Shown here: positions 1 through 13,214 of the stretch, piece after piece
Layout: each line of letters starts with the position of its first letter
How positions within the stretch are numbered: position 1 is the first letter of the stretch
From: Octopus sinensis
Lineage: Eukaryota
Assembly (NCBI RefSeq): GCF_006345805.1
Contig: NC_042998.1
Coordinates: forward strand, 169,384,001-169,448,000
Length of the DNA: 64,000 nt
Direction of reading: 5' to 3'
Made by a program: the position numbers and the translations under genes
The notes under the pieces: generated by a model
Seen by the model: only the letters and a program-made list of their open reading frames with translations
Databases searched by the model: none
Told to the model about the DNA's origin: nothing

Positions 1-1015
1 TTGTCAGTTTCGGTGGCAGAGAAACCTGGTATCGTCGTAGACTTAGATCGAGCATGTGGTATTCGGAGTGCCATAAGGCTCTCTGCCACTTCCGCAAGTC
101 GGGCAATGCCGGCGGCTTTGGTACCACCGCAGCTTTCTATAGCAGGTTGGTAGAGGAAATGACGATGCCTTAGGAAGGACATTGGGCCTCGATCGAAATC
201 AGTTAGACAGCCTGTTCCGAAGGACGTTCGGCCGAAGACATTGGATAACTTCCAGAGGTCTTTGACCTGGCAATGTCTCAGAGGAGCTTCACCCGTTCGG
301 GATAAACTCACAAGGCATGGCTGGAGTGGACCATCGAACTGCCCAAGATGCGAGCGGGATCTGGAAACAGTCTCGCACGCTATTGTTCAGTGTCCGGAAG
401 TTTCGGACGTGTGGGTATATGCGGAACACCTGTTGTCAGACGGAAGAAGAGTACAGCTATCGGCTGAGACAATTATAAAAATTGACTCGCCTAGCTTTTT
501 GACAAGTGAAGGTAAGCATTGCTTTCTCAGTACAGTAGCAGTAGCGAAAGAGTGTATATGGAAGACTAGAATGAAAGCGGTAAAGACAGGCACCATGATC
601 TCTGGCTCCCGCTTGGTGACCTTTTTCGGGTTCCACCTAAAAAGAAAGGTGGAGTTAGAGAAAAGGTGTCTGTCTGCGTGTGAGTTTGACAAAATATGGA
701 AACGTGTGGCACGATTGCTGCGAGTGAAAGGGGCCACGTGAACACGCTGTAAGTTGGCTGCCGAGTTTCGGTGGGAAAAACAGGGCTCGTGGGGTCGGCA
801 AATCCTGGTGTTCCCACTTCATGTGTTCTTTTTATGTCGTGCTGTTTAAAAAAAAAAAAAAAAAATTGTGTATCATTCGATTTCTTCAATTTTTGTTATT
901 TCATGTAAAAATTCTTAAAGTTCATTTATATGTAAATTTCATCTGTGTTTCATGACCCCAAATCATGATGTGTTGTCCCCCTCTTCGTTGGCCCTTTGTG
1001 AGTAATAAAGAAATA
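1..1015 (+). mobile_element. Tx1-clade LINE copy A: 3' end (ORF2 C-terminus with CCHC zinc finger plus 3' UTR); continues off the left edge
   Basis: ORF 241-741 has the L1/Tx1 ORF2 C-terminal pattern WQCLRGA.PVRD...CPRC..ETVSHAIVQC and ECIWKTR. Bases 1-616 are near-identical to 5307-5920. The element ends in GCCCTTTGTGAGTAATAAAGAAATA with no poly-A. Confidence 0.9.
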
Positions 1016-1035
1016 GTGTGTTTCTTAAACGTGAC

Positions 1036-4000
1036 AGTCGAGTTGGAAGTATTATTTGTATTGTTTACCGTGCCATTATTGGATTACCTTTGTTAGATTA
1101 CCTTTATTTTTGGATATTGTTAAAAATTGTTAAAAACTCTTGTTATTTCTGTGAAAGAACTGCCTTTGAGGGTAGGCCAAATTATGGCCAGCCCGGGAAG
1201 GACGGCAAACCTAATTGTGGCGAGACCAGAGAAAACGGCAAGCTGAATTATGGTAAGCCCAGGAAAAATGCCAAACCAAATTATGGCGAAAACGGCAAGC
1301 CAAAACTCAAGAAAAACGGCAAGCAAAATCATGGCGAGACCAGGAAAAACGGCTAGCCAAACTGCGGTTAGCCCAGAAAAAACAGAAGAGGAGTTGGAAA
1401 GAATCGGCGAATTGAAGTTGCTTTCAGACTCTGAGGAGAACGAAAACAAAAATGAGAAAAAAAGGCTGCAGGTTCGAAAGAACATAGATGTGCCTAGTCT
1501 AGCGAAAAAACAGCTGAATTTCGCAGAAGCAGCAGGCACCAAGGAAAAGAAAATCGAACTCACAAACCTAGAGGAACTCAAAAAGGATATGAAAAAAGAA
1601 GGATACGAGACAAAAATCGTACAACCAAGAGAAGTAAAAGAGAATGTAGAAAGAAAAACAATCATATATAAAACATATAGAAGCAAAGAAAAGAAGATCG
1701 AATTTACAGCAGAAAGAGAAGTGGAGGCATGCCTCGAGCCTATTTGGAGCAAAGCAGAATACATTGCAAGGGGGGAAAGGTACGGCACAATAGAGGTATG
1801 GTTCGAGTACGAGGAGGAAGCAAGGCTTCACTCAATGAACCCACTGAAAACGGAAATAGTGACGCTTCTGCCCATCTATAAGGGCAGAAGGATGTCCAAA
1901 GTAACCATATCGAATGATCCGCCGGAAATCGAACCGGAGCAGATAGTTGCAGCAATTACTTTGGGCCTAGAGGAGAGACTAGAGATTAGAGATGCAACGG
2001 TGGAAGAGACTAAATACTGGCACGACCAAAAGGTGAAAGTAATTCTGCAAGAAGAACCGGCCGTGCTAGAAGAGATAAGTGAGATTATCGAAATCGGTGA
2101 CAACCGTCTACCAGTTATGGTTGAAGGCCGACAGCCCAGGTGCTTCGCTTGCGGGGAAAAAAGGGGCACCTGAGGAAAAATTGTAAGCCGGCAGAAGAAG
2201 AAAAAAGGACTGAAGAACACACTGACCCTGAAGTACCACTGGAAACGACACCTATACCAGAAGAAGGGGAGGGATGGACTCAAACCAAAAAAAGAAAGCA
2301 TAAAAACCCCTCCCCGGAGAAAATAAGAGGTGAAAAAGCAAGAGAAATTAAAAAGGCGAAAAAGCCAGAGAAAGCTACAGACAACCAAGTGTACGTAGCA
2401 ATGAGGTCATCTAACAGAGAGATTATGAGGAGAATAGAAACTCATCATATAGAAGAAATAGAGATAGAAGAAGCGGCAAGCGAATGGAGAAGTTACAAAA
2501 TGGGTCAGAAGACGTACAACCAATAAGTAAACGATTTCAGGAAAGATGTCTGCCCCTCGAGAATGAGAGCAGAAGACACAAAGCTAGATGCAAAAAATAA
2601 CAACACCAACCTGCCGATTCCACGGGCCCAAGAAGTAGAAGAGGCGGGTTCCCCACGTCCTCCGGACCCAGATGAAACAAGGTAGGTGAATTATGGTAGT
2701 TCATGTAGGTTGCTTAAATGTGCGCGGCCTGATATCGAACTGGAAACAAGGGCGTTTCCTAAATGATACCAGGTAGCAGGATTTAGATGTTGTTGTTGCT
2801 ACTGAGACTCGAGTGGAAGGGCCAAGAGATCTACTCCCGCTCCTGGATGGCTACGAGAAATTTATTTCTCCTGGCCGGCGGGGGAGTGGGGTATTGGTCT
2901 TACTCAAAAGAAATCGAGTCTCAGAGAAAAAGTTAATTTTTTCTGACTCAGAAGGTAGGCTGGTCGTCTTAGATCTGACGTTCAGTTGTGGTAAGGAAAT
3001 CAGGCTAGTGGCGGTGTACGCACCTAATTCACATCAGACTGATTATTTTCGAGACCTAGAGAAGTTTCTTGGCACGTCAAAATCCATAGACATGCTAGGG
3101 GACTTTAACGCTATTGTCAATGCGCGTGTCGATGGCGTTGGCTCTAACGATAAGAAACCAAACAGTGGCTTCCGGGATCTACTAAGTCGCTTTCAACTGG
3201 TAGATCCCTACAGACTTGAATTCCCGAACGCTCCACAGTGGACGTGGTCAAACAGCGACGGGTCTGTCAAGTCTTATATAGATAGGATTCTCATTAGAAA
3301 AATAGATAAAGACATAGTTAAGTGTCCACAGCTTCACCCGGTCAGTTACAGTGATCACAAGATGGTCACTGGTAAACTGCACCTAGATAAGTTATGTAGT
3401 AAGGGATCCGGTTACTGGAAACTCAATAAGTCCCTTTTGGCTATTAAGGATTTCAGAAGCTGGATTAAGTTATTAATTCAGAGGGCGTTAACCGGTTCCA
3501 TTATTAACAAAAAATGGTGGTACGCCCTCAAGAGAGCCATTAAATACGAGTCCATTACATATAGCATAGGACTAGTAGCTAGTGGGGGGCGTAGAGAAGA
3601 AAAGGGGCTAGTTAAGGCCTTAGAGGAAGCCATGAGATCTGGCGATGGGGCCCAGGTTAGGCTGAAGAGACTAGAATTAAACCAGCACCTCGAAGCCAAA
3701 CACATGGGTTGTATCGTCAGAGCTAGACTCCGCGCAATGGGGAGCGAGGGTATTAGGGCTGCCGGATGGGCACGAGTTGTGGAAGCTCAACGTGGAAACG
3801 ATTCCACAATCAAGTCTGTGACGAACGAGCAAGGCGATGTGGTAACCGAACCAGAGATGTGTCGGACGTTTCAGGAGCACTTCGGCCGGCTTTTTGGGAG
3901 TGACGGCGGACCGGGTGAGAGGATGGACCTTACAGACCTCCTCGCCAGGCTGCCGCGCCTCTCGGGGCAGGACGCGGAGAGCTGTGAAGGTAGGTAGCTG

Positions 4001-5920
4001 AGGAGGTAGCTGAAGCCATGGCTGACTGCGGCGGAGGTAAGGCGCCGGGAATTGATGGTTTACCCTACGAACTATAAAGAAGTATACCAGACTTGTTCGG
4101 GTACGTACTGGTCGGCGTTTTCGCGAACTGGCGGCAGAATGGGTTCATTCCTAGATCTGTGCGCCGGGGAGTGGTGACGCTGATCAGGAAGGACCCGAGC
4201 AAGGGGGATAGAATAGATAACTTCAGGCCCATCACCCTGCTGAATGCAGAGGTGAAGATTTTGGCCAAGGTGTTAGCGAAAAGGTTGGCGCGTGTCGCGG
4301 ATGGCCTAACCGGGGAAGCACAAACTTGTGCGGTCCCCGGAAGGACCATTCAGGATAATCATCACCTTATACGCGACACCGTAGAAGGGTTTGGGAATAA
4401 TTCTGGCAAAGGTGGGGCACTGGTCCATTTAGACCAGAGTAAAGCTTTCGATAGGGTGAACCATGCTTGCACAGTTCGGTCTAGGCATTGGTTTTCTCAG
4501 GTGGATTATACAGTTGTACGACAACATCGACTCGATCGTTCGGGTAATGGCTTCCTTTCGAAGCCGTTCCGCATCAAACGGTCAGTTCGGCAAGGGTGTC
4601 CGCTCTCCCCGCTTTTATATGTGATGGCTCCGGAGCCATTACTGCAAAAGCTGAGCGCCATCCCGACGAATCCAGGAGGTGGCGGATCTGTTACAGCGTA
4701 TGCAGGACGACATCACCATCATCGTGACCAAGGTGGAACTCCTACAGAATGTAGGAGATACCATCAAGGCTTACGAGACGGTGACAGGAGCAAAAATTAA
4801 TCGGGAAAAGTCAGTCGGCTTGCAACTCGGCACCTGGAGGGGCAAGTCGATGCCTTCGAATAGCATCGTGGGATGCTGGACGGAGGGCCCGGTTAAATTG
4901 CTAGGGATCTGGCTTGGTCCAGATCTCCAGATAGAAAAGAACTGGTCTGAGGTGGCGAGCAAGGTGGCTTACGCGGTCGAGACTTGGTCTTGGCGGTGGC
5001 TATCCTTGAAAGGGAGGGCGGAGGTGGCCAATGTGTTTATAGCATCGGTTATCACTTACCGCCTAACCGTCGTTCCTTGTCCGGATTCGTGGTTGAGCAA
5101 GATGGAGAGGCAAATCTTTCGCTTTCTGTGGAAGGGTTCCCCTCCTCTTGTAAGACGTTCTATTTGCTGTCAGAAGCCGTTAAAGGGTGGGTTAGAGATG
5201 CCTTGGCTGTTGATGCGCAGAGATGCGCTGAGGTTGAGGCATCTTTGGCTCTACCTGGATGGTGAACGGGTGTGGTCCCCGCTCGCGAGGCAGATGTTCC
5301 CCAGCTTTGCCAGTTTTGGTTGTAGAGAAACCTGGTATCGTCGCAGACTTAGGTCGAGTATGTGGTATTCAGAGTGCCGTAAAACCCTCTTCCACTTCCG
5401 CAAGTCGGGCAATGCCGGTGGCTTTGGTATTACCGCAGCTTTTTATAGTAGGTTGGTAGAGGCCGGAAATGACAATGCCCTGGGAAGGGCCTTGGGTCTC
5501 GATAATAATCAGTTAGACAGCCTGTTCCAAAGGACATTCGGACCGAGGACGTTGAATAACTTTCAGAAGTCCTTGGCCTGGCAATGTTAGAGGAGCCTTA
5601 CCCGTTCGGGATAGGCTCACAAGACATGGTGACGGTGGACCATCGAACTGTCCAAGATGCGAGCAGGATGTGGAAACAGTCCTGCACGCTATTGTTCAGT
5701 GTCCGGAAATTTCGGACGTGTGGGCCTATGCAGAACACCTGTTGTCGGACGGAAGATGAGCACAGCTGTCGTCTGAGTCAATTTTAAAAATTGACTCGCC
5801 TGGTTTCTTGACAAACGAAGGTAAGCATTGCTTTGTCGTGATAGTAGCAGTCGCTAAAGAGGTTATTTGGAAGACCAGAATGAAAAGTGTAATGACAGAC
5901 ACCATGATCTCTGGCCTGGT
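1036..5920 (+). mobile_element. Tx1-clade LINE copy B: near full length, degenerate, 3'-truncated
   Basis: ORF1 at ~1250-2685 (frameshift ~2160, stop 2524) has a CFACGEKGHLRKNC knuckle. ORF2 starts at ATG 2693 and has an APE domain (LNVRGL, ETR, VYAP, LGDFN, SYIDRI, YSDH) and RT (KAPGIDGLP, NFRPITLLN, DQSKAFDRV, VRQGCPLSP, YA-DD). The homology stops before the ORF2 stop codon. Confidence 0.9.
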
Positions 5921-5936
5921 GGCAGTCATACTGACA

Positions 5937-8900
5937 AGTCGTTATTATTCGAACACATGTGAGTGAAATATTGTTGAAATTGTATTTAAATTGTCTTGTT
6001 AAAAATTGTTGTTAAAAAAGTGTTACTTTGAACTGTAACTGGTTTTGAACCAGGAAAACACTGTTATTCCCCTCCGTAATGAAGGGAAGTGCTGTGCGTT
6101 GTAGCACAAAAAAAAAAAAAACAATTCTGTAAAAAATGAACAAAAACATCTTTTCATCTGAAAAAATGTCTGATGGAAAAATGTCTGACGGAGGTTCACC
6201 CTCAAAAGAAAATGTAGTAGATTCGCCTACATCAAAAATTGCAAAAATAGATGAAACCAAATTGAAAATTGTCGAAGGTTCGCCTGCTGAAAAAGCTATA
6301 AAAACAGCTAAAGTTGCTGAAGGTTCGCCTTCCGATGAAGCTGTGAAAGCAGCCAAAGTGATTGAAGGTTCGCCTTCCAAAGGAAATGATAAGACCACAA
6401 CATACAATTTCGCAGCCGCTGCAGGAAGGAAAATGGAAGAAATTAAGATGGAGGAAATAGACTATGAGAATTATAAAAAAATGTTCACAAAGGAGGGGAA
6501 CAATGTGAAAGCAACCCTCCCACAAGTAATTAGAGTGGAAACTCTCAAAAGAGTTATAATTTATAAGTCTTACATAATAAAAGAAAAAATCGAGAAGGTG
6601 TCAAAAGAACAAGCGGAGAAGTGTCTTCAACCGGTATGGAACGACGTAGATTATGTGACGTGGGGGAAAAAGTACGCCACTATAGAAGTGTACTTTAGAG
6701 ACGAGGAAATGGCAAAAAAACATTCCTTAACCCCAATCAAAACGAGCGAGATAATTCTACTACCCTCCTATTTGGGGAGGAGAACATCAAAAATAAGGAT
6801 CGAGGACATACCACCAGAAATTGAGGTGAAGTGGTTGCACCCAGCATTATTAATGGGGCTGGAGAGGAAAATAAGAGTGGTTAATATCACAAAGATAAAA
6901 AAAGAAAATTGGAGAGGCCAGACTCTACATGTAATAATTCAGGCAGCCCCAGAAACGCTGGAGGAGGTCCCAGAGAGCATCCAATGCGGGGAGGAAATTA
7001 ACTTGTGGGTGGTGGTGGAGGGGCGAAAGCCTCGATGCTACGAATGTGGCGAAAAGAGACACATCCGTATGGAATGCCCCACCCGCAAGAAAGAGGAAGA
7101 AAAAAGGACAGAAGAAGTGGAGAAGAAGAGTAGAGATGGAGGAAGAAAAACCTAAGGAAGACGAAAATGCCTACACAACGGTGAGGCAAAAGAAAACTCC
7201 TAAGAGAAAAAACGTTGACACAAACCCACCCAACCCAGGCACATATAAAAAGAAATCAAACACACAGGGGGGAAAATCTACCCCACCCAACCATGGTTCC
7301 CCACAAAAAGAGAAAGAGAAGACCCCCCAGCCCAACCCGAACCACCCCCACTCCCCAGTGCCGAGCAATTCCCTCTCCTCCCCATCATACTCCCCGTTGT
7401 CCTCCCCATCACCCCCACAAAGCCCCAAAAAGAAAATAATAGAATTCGAGACAGTATTCGTTTCTATAAACAAAGCAAACGACAGGTTAACAAAACAAAT
7501 AGACAATATCCCAACGGCACACAAAATCCACACACATAGGGTACTCCCCAAAAATGTCGATGTTTACAATATTGACATGATGAATTTTAATATAAGAGAG
7601 GAGTACCCGGGGACATTAATGGTCCGCGACTCGACCTGCACGAGTCATTATTTAAAGCGGACTTCCCCCCACGACCACCAGAGAAGAAAAAAAATGAAAA
7701 GGTAAGTAATGTCTCGTATTTGTGTAGGGTGCATAAATGTGCGTGGCCTGATGTCGAGCTGGAAGCAAAGACGCCTCCTAAATGACATCAGGTCACGGGA
7801 TCTAGATGTTGTTGTTGCCACAGAAACCCGGTTAAAGGGGCCAAGAGATCTGCTCCCGTTGTTCGGCGGCTACGAGGGAATTATCTCTCCAAACCCGGCG
7901 GTCAGCGGAAGCGGGGTGTTGGTCCTGGTTAAAAAGAACCGGGTTTCTGGGAAAAAGTTGATTTTTTCAGATCCAGAAGGTAGGCTGGTCGTCGTTGATT
8001 TGACGTTCAGTAGTCCTAAGACAATCAGACTGGTTGCGGTTTACGCACCCAGCGATAAGGGGAAAGTGATTATTTTCGGAATCTGGAGAAGTTTCTGAGT
8101 ACATCGTACCCTTTAGTAATGTTAGGAGACTTCAACACAATCTGCGATGTGCGGGTAGACTGTAAAGGATCGCGAACAGACAGGAAAGGAAATGCTTGCT
8201 TCCTGGATCTACTAAGACATTTTGAGCTGGTAGATCCATATAGACTGGAACATCCGGACGCTCCATTGTGGACATGGTCAAGCAGCGACGGATCGTTAAG
8301 GTCATACATAGACAGGATATTAATTAGGAAGGTAGATAGAAACCTAGTTAAGAGTCCACAGCTCCACATAGTCAGCTATAGTGACCACAAGATGGTCACC
8401 TGTAGGCTAGACGTAGATAAGATAAATAGAGGTCCTGGTTACTGGAAACTTAATACGTCCCTTTTGGCGATTAAGGAGTACAGTGACAGGATTAGGTTAA
8501 TGATCCTGACAACAAATGGTGGTATGCCTTCAAGCGAGCCATAAAATATGAGTCTATTAGGTATAGATCTTGTAGCTAGAGAGGCTAGGAAGGAAAGTAC
8601 ACTAGTTAAGGACTTAGAGGAAGCAATGCGAACTGGCAATGCGGCTCAGGTGAGGGCCAAGAGACTGGTTTTAAACCAGCACCTCGAAGCCAAACACATG
8701 GGTTGCATTGTCAGGGCTAGACAACATGCAATGGGGAGCGAAGGAATTAATGCCGCGAGATGGGCCCGAGTGGTGGAAGCCCAACGTGGCAACGATGCTA
8801 CAATTCGATCTCTGACGAACCAACAGGGTAAGTTGACAGACGAGCCCGAGGAGATGTGTCAAGCTTTTCAGGAGCACTTCGCCCAGCTCTTTGAGGGGGG

Positions 8901-11170
8901 GGGGCGGATAGGAGGAGGGACCTGACAGACCTCCTCGACGGGCTGCCGCGCCTCTCGGAGCAGGACGCGAAGTGTAGTGAGGAGCCAATCACACCTGAGG
9001 AGGTAATAGAGGCCATGGCAGACTGCGGTGCGGGTAAGGCGCCGGGACTGGATGGTCTGCCCTACAAGCTTTATAAAAGTATGCCGGACTTGTTTGGGGA
9101 CTAACTGGCAAACGTCTACGCAAACTGGCAGCAGAATGGGTTTGTTCCCAGATCTGTGCGCCGGGGAGTGGTGACACTAGTCAGGAAGGACCGGAGCAAG
9201 AAGGATGTCATTGATAATTTCAGGCCCATCACTCTGCTTAACGCAGAGCTGAAGATTTTGGCCAAAGTGTTATCGAACAGATTGGCCCGTGTCGCGAATG
9301 GACTGATTGGTAAGGCGCAAACGTGCGCCGTACCGGGCAGATCCATTCAGGATAATCTCCATCTTATTAGATACACGATAGAGGGAATGAATAACGATCC
9401 CGGCTTCCTCAGGTGGATCATAGAAATGTACGACAACGTCGACTCGGTAGTTCGGGTGAACGGCTTTCTTTCTAAGCCGTTCAAGGTCAAACGCTCGGTC
9501 CGTCAGGGATGTCCGCTCTCCCTGCTTTTGTATGTAGTGGCTCTTGAGCCGCTGCTGCGAAAACTGAGCGGCATCCCGAGGCTACCAGGACACGAAATGT
9601 CGGTTTCGGCGTACACGGATGACATCACTATCATCGTGACCGAAGTGGACCTCCTACGTAAAGTAGGCAAGGCCATAGAGGTTTACGAGACGGTGACAGG
9701 AGCAAAAGTTAATCGTGAAAAGTCGGTCGGCTTGCAAATCAGCACCTGGAGAGGCAAGTCGATGCCTCCAGACAGCGTCGTGGGACGTTGGACGGAGGGC
9801 TCGATTAAGTTGCTCAGGGTTGGGTTTGGTCCAGACCTCCAAATAGAGAAGAACTGGAACGAGGTATCGAGCAAGGTGGCTGCAGTAGCCAAGACTTGGT
9901 CTTGGCAGTGGTTATCCTTGAAAGGTAGGGCGGAGGTAGCCAATGTGTTTATCGCATCGGTGATCACCTACCGCCTTGCCCGGATTCGTGGTTGATCAAG
10001 TTGGAGAGACAGCTCTTTCACTTCTTGTGGAAGGGCTCGAAACCACTTGTGAGACGCTCTATTTGTTGTCAAAAACCGTTAAAGGGTGGACTAGGGATGC
10101 CGTGGCTAATGATGCGCAGAAATGTGCTGAGGCTAAGGCACCTATGGCTCCATCTAGATGGTGAACGGGTGTGGTCTCCGCTGGCGAAACAGATATTCCC
10201 CAGGTTCACCAGTTTCGGTGGACGGGAAGACTGGTATAATCGCAGATCGAAGTTTGGTTCGTGGTATACGGAGTGTCGCATGGCACTCCGACTATTCCAT
10301 CGCTCGAGCAATGCCTGCGGCAGTGGTTCTACCGCAGTGTTTTATAGAGGGTTCGTAGAGGCCGGTAACGATGATACGCTAGGGGAAACCCTAGGTTTCG
10401 ACGATAATCAGCTGGCCAGTCTGTTCCAACGTACATTCGGGCCGAAGACCCTGGATAATTTTCAGAAGTCTTTGGCTTGGCAGTGTTACCGAGGAGCCTT
10501 ACCTGTTCGGGACAAACTCGCAAGGCACAGTGTCCAAGTCAGCCCGACCTGTCCGAGATGTGGGCGAGACAGGGAAACCGTCTCGCACGCGATCGTGCAG
10601 TGTCCGGGGGTGGCAGATATGTAGGTTTTTGCCGAACAACTGGTGTCAGGTGAAGGAAGAGTACAGCTATCAGCCGAATCCATAGTAAAAATCAGCCCAG
10701 CGGATTTCTTAATGAAAGAAGGTAAGAATTGTTTTCTCTCTGTGGTTTCAACTGCGAAACAGGCAGTATGGAAGACAAGGATGAAAGGGAAGATAACAGA
10801 CGACTTCATCTCTGGTTCTGGCCTGGTGGAATATTTTAAATTCCACCTGAAAAGGCATATAGAACTAGAGAGGAGGAGTCTGAGTAAGAAAGTGTTTAAT
10901 GAAAGGTGGAAAAATGTGGTGAATAAATGGTCCCTCACAAATGCAAGATAGGCCGGAAAAAAACACATGGTCAAGTGTCGTGGCGGGGAGCGTGGGGTCC
11001 GTAGACCCACCCCACTACATTTTGTAAATTAGTCTATGTAATTGTTTCATCATTCAAACTTTTATTCATCACTCAATTTTTAAACAGACCCCAGAAGCAC
11101 ATTTATGTATCAATCATTCGTGATTGTTTTGTACGTTCTGTGTAGCCCGTTAATGGGTAATAAAGAAATA
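5937..11170 (+). mobile_element. Tx1-clade LINE copy C: full length (~5.2 kb), inactive, flanked by a 16-bp direct repeat
   Basis: GGCAGTCATACTGACA occurs at 5921-5936 and 11171-11186 (probable TSD). ORF1 is 6136-7705 (frameshift ~7150) with CYECGEKRHIRMEC. ORF2 is 7709-10951 (APE-RT-CCHC) with several frameshifts and an internal RT deletion near 9400 that removes the LDQSKAFDRV block. The 3' end is GCCCGTTAATGGGTAATAAAGAAATA. Confidence 0.92.
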
Positions 11171-12055
11171 GGCAGTCATACTGACACCATGTTATGCTGT
11201 GTTAAGACGGTTTTTGTGTGAAGAAGAGTGAAAAATTGTAGAGAGAGACGAAACAGGATCGAATCGTGCGAGGCGCTTGACGCTGCTTGTCGTTACTTTT
11301 TATAGAACGTCGACGCTCAGTAATGGAGACATATACGAAAAATGGCACGTCGCTTGTGATAAGATACGTAACGTTTAAGAGGGAAGAAATGAAGGGATAC
11401 GAGAAATACGTAAAAGGGGAGGGTGAAAGCGTCAAGCTGATCCCTCCAGCAGAAACAATGGAGGAGAGGAACAACAAAACGATAATATACAGGACACAGG
11501 ATAGGAACTCGAAGAAACTAATGCAAATATCGATAGAAGATATAGAAAAGTGTCTTGGTGACATAATGGACAAAGCGACATGTATGCAGAGGGAAGAAGT
11601 GAGGTGTGCCACAAGTGAAGAGGCGGCCTCGCTATCTTCCACTGTACTTAGAGCGGAAAATGTTATAATGCTACCTACATACAAAGGAAGACGAGGCGTA
11701 AGGGTTAAGATCCAAACGTACAGCCGGAGATAAAAATGGAATGGCTGGTGACAGCCATTCTAGGGTCGACTGAAGATGAAATAGAACTGGGGTCTATTAC
11801 AGAAACTAATGTCGTGAACTGGAAGGGATTCGGTGTCGAGTTGTGGCTGGTGGCCACAATAGAAGATATCGAGCGAATTCCCTTTCATATAGAGGTGGAA
11901 AATGGAAGAACAATTGGAGTAATTGTAGAGGGAAGAAGGCCGAATTGTTACTTATGTGGAGCAAGAGGTCATATAAGGGCAGAATGTCCATTATATGAAT
12001 TTACAATGGAGAAAGAAATAGCAGAAAAGGCAAACGATGACAAGAAAATTAAAAG
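11171..12055 (+). mobile_element. Tx1-clade LINE copy D: 5' UTR plus ORF1 only (divergent family)
   Basis: ORFs 11287-11733 and 11736-12137 are homologous to ORF1 of B and C (KTIIYRT, MLPTYKGRR, VIVEGRRPNCYLCGARGHIRAEC). No ORF2 follows. The right boundary is approximate. Confidence 0.8.
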
Positions 12056-12807
12056 TAATTTTTCCTTAGAAGGTGACACCTTAGAGGTGCCACCCAGCAA
12101 GTCTCGCAGGCTGGGGTTAGCCAATAACTGCTACTAACTCTTAGTTTTGATAAATAGAATACGCTTCGCTAAACAAGACCCTTGCTTTCACCAGCTGGTT
12201 TTTGAATACCCGATCCGCTCCACTTCGCAAAGGCTATATTGTCCAAAACTTTCAATCATATACAAGTTATTTCCTATGCTTCCTTTTTGACTTCAAAGGA
12301 CTGCTCAAGGAAATTTAGGTAATTGTTATTATATGTTCAACGCTACCATAATCAATAGATTTATAACGGTGACATATTTATGATAAGACTATAGGATAAA
12401 ACAAAATTTGGGGGGATAAATTTCGATTAAAGTTTCAGATAGCTCTGAAAAAATTGGTAGTAACTGGAGTGAAGTAACCACATCAAAAAACAGTGATGAA
12501 ATAGCGAAAACATCCTTTGATTCACAAATAAAGACTGATTGATCAACAGAATACAGTATAACTATCCTCAGACAATGACTCTCTCCAGAAGTTTGTGCCA
12601 TAAGTCCAGAATGAGACGTTCTAGTGCAGCTGCTTGGACGTTGGTGATTTGGAACAGATAACCGAGCGCTGAACCTGCTTTGGTGACAGTACTTTTTAGT
12701 ACTAGAGTCAAACACACACATGCAGAAATATAGAAACAGGCAGACAGGGAGGGAGAGAGACAGACACATTACAATTCATTAACTGAACAGGATTAACAAA
12801 AACTTTG

Positions 12808-13214
12808 GGATCTTTTCGGTTTGAATGGCAGTTTTTAACATAATTTCTAAGTAACTAAAAAATTTTAAACGTAGAATGTGCTTATAAAACATCTTTTTCT
12901 CTTGGCTTTACTGAGAAAATTCTATAGTTTGTAAGATATTTGTTGTTTTTTTTTCTTCAATTTCTGCTATTTCAACCAATCACTGACGTCTATTGACGTA
13001 AAAAAAAAACACTGTGTCATATGAATATGTCCCTCGTTTAAAAAACAGAATAGGTTTATTTACATTTGTGACGGAAAAAGATACCCTTCCCCCCCACCCC
13101 TAACCCTAACCTTAAAACATCGAAATGCAATAGATCGATACTAGGGTCATAATTATGGGTGACATTTTCATATGACACCGCTAGAAAAAACTGCCATTCA
13201 AATCGAAAAGATCC
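12808..13214. mobile_element. Merlin-like MITE with internal (CCCTAA)n
   Basis: TIR GGATCTTTTCGGTTTGAATGGCAGTTTTT matches its inverse at the right end. 8-bp TSD AAACTTTG (12800-12807 and 13215-13222). GG termini plus an 8-bp TSD fit the Merlin superfamily (inference). Confidence 0.8.

Noticed and set aside
1175-1365. Regularly spaced ~33-bp repeats resembling a CRISPR array
   Set aside because: Degenerate tandem units without unique spacers, inside a LINE; no cas genes; eukaryotic DNA.
1120-11684. Long minus-strand ORFs over the Tx1 elements
   Set aside because: F/S/L-rich shadows of A-rich sense ORFs, with no domain motifs.
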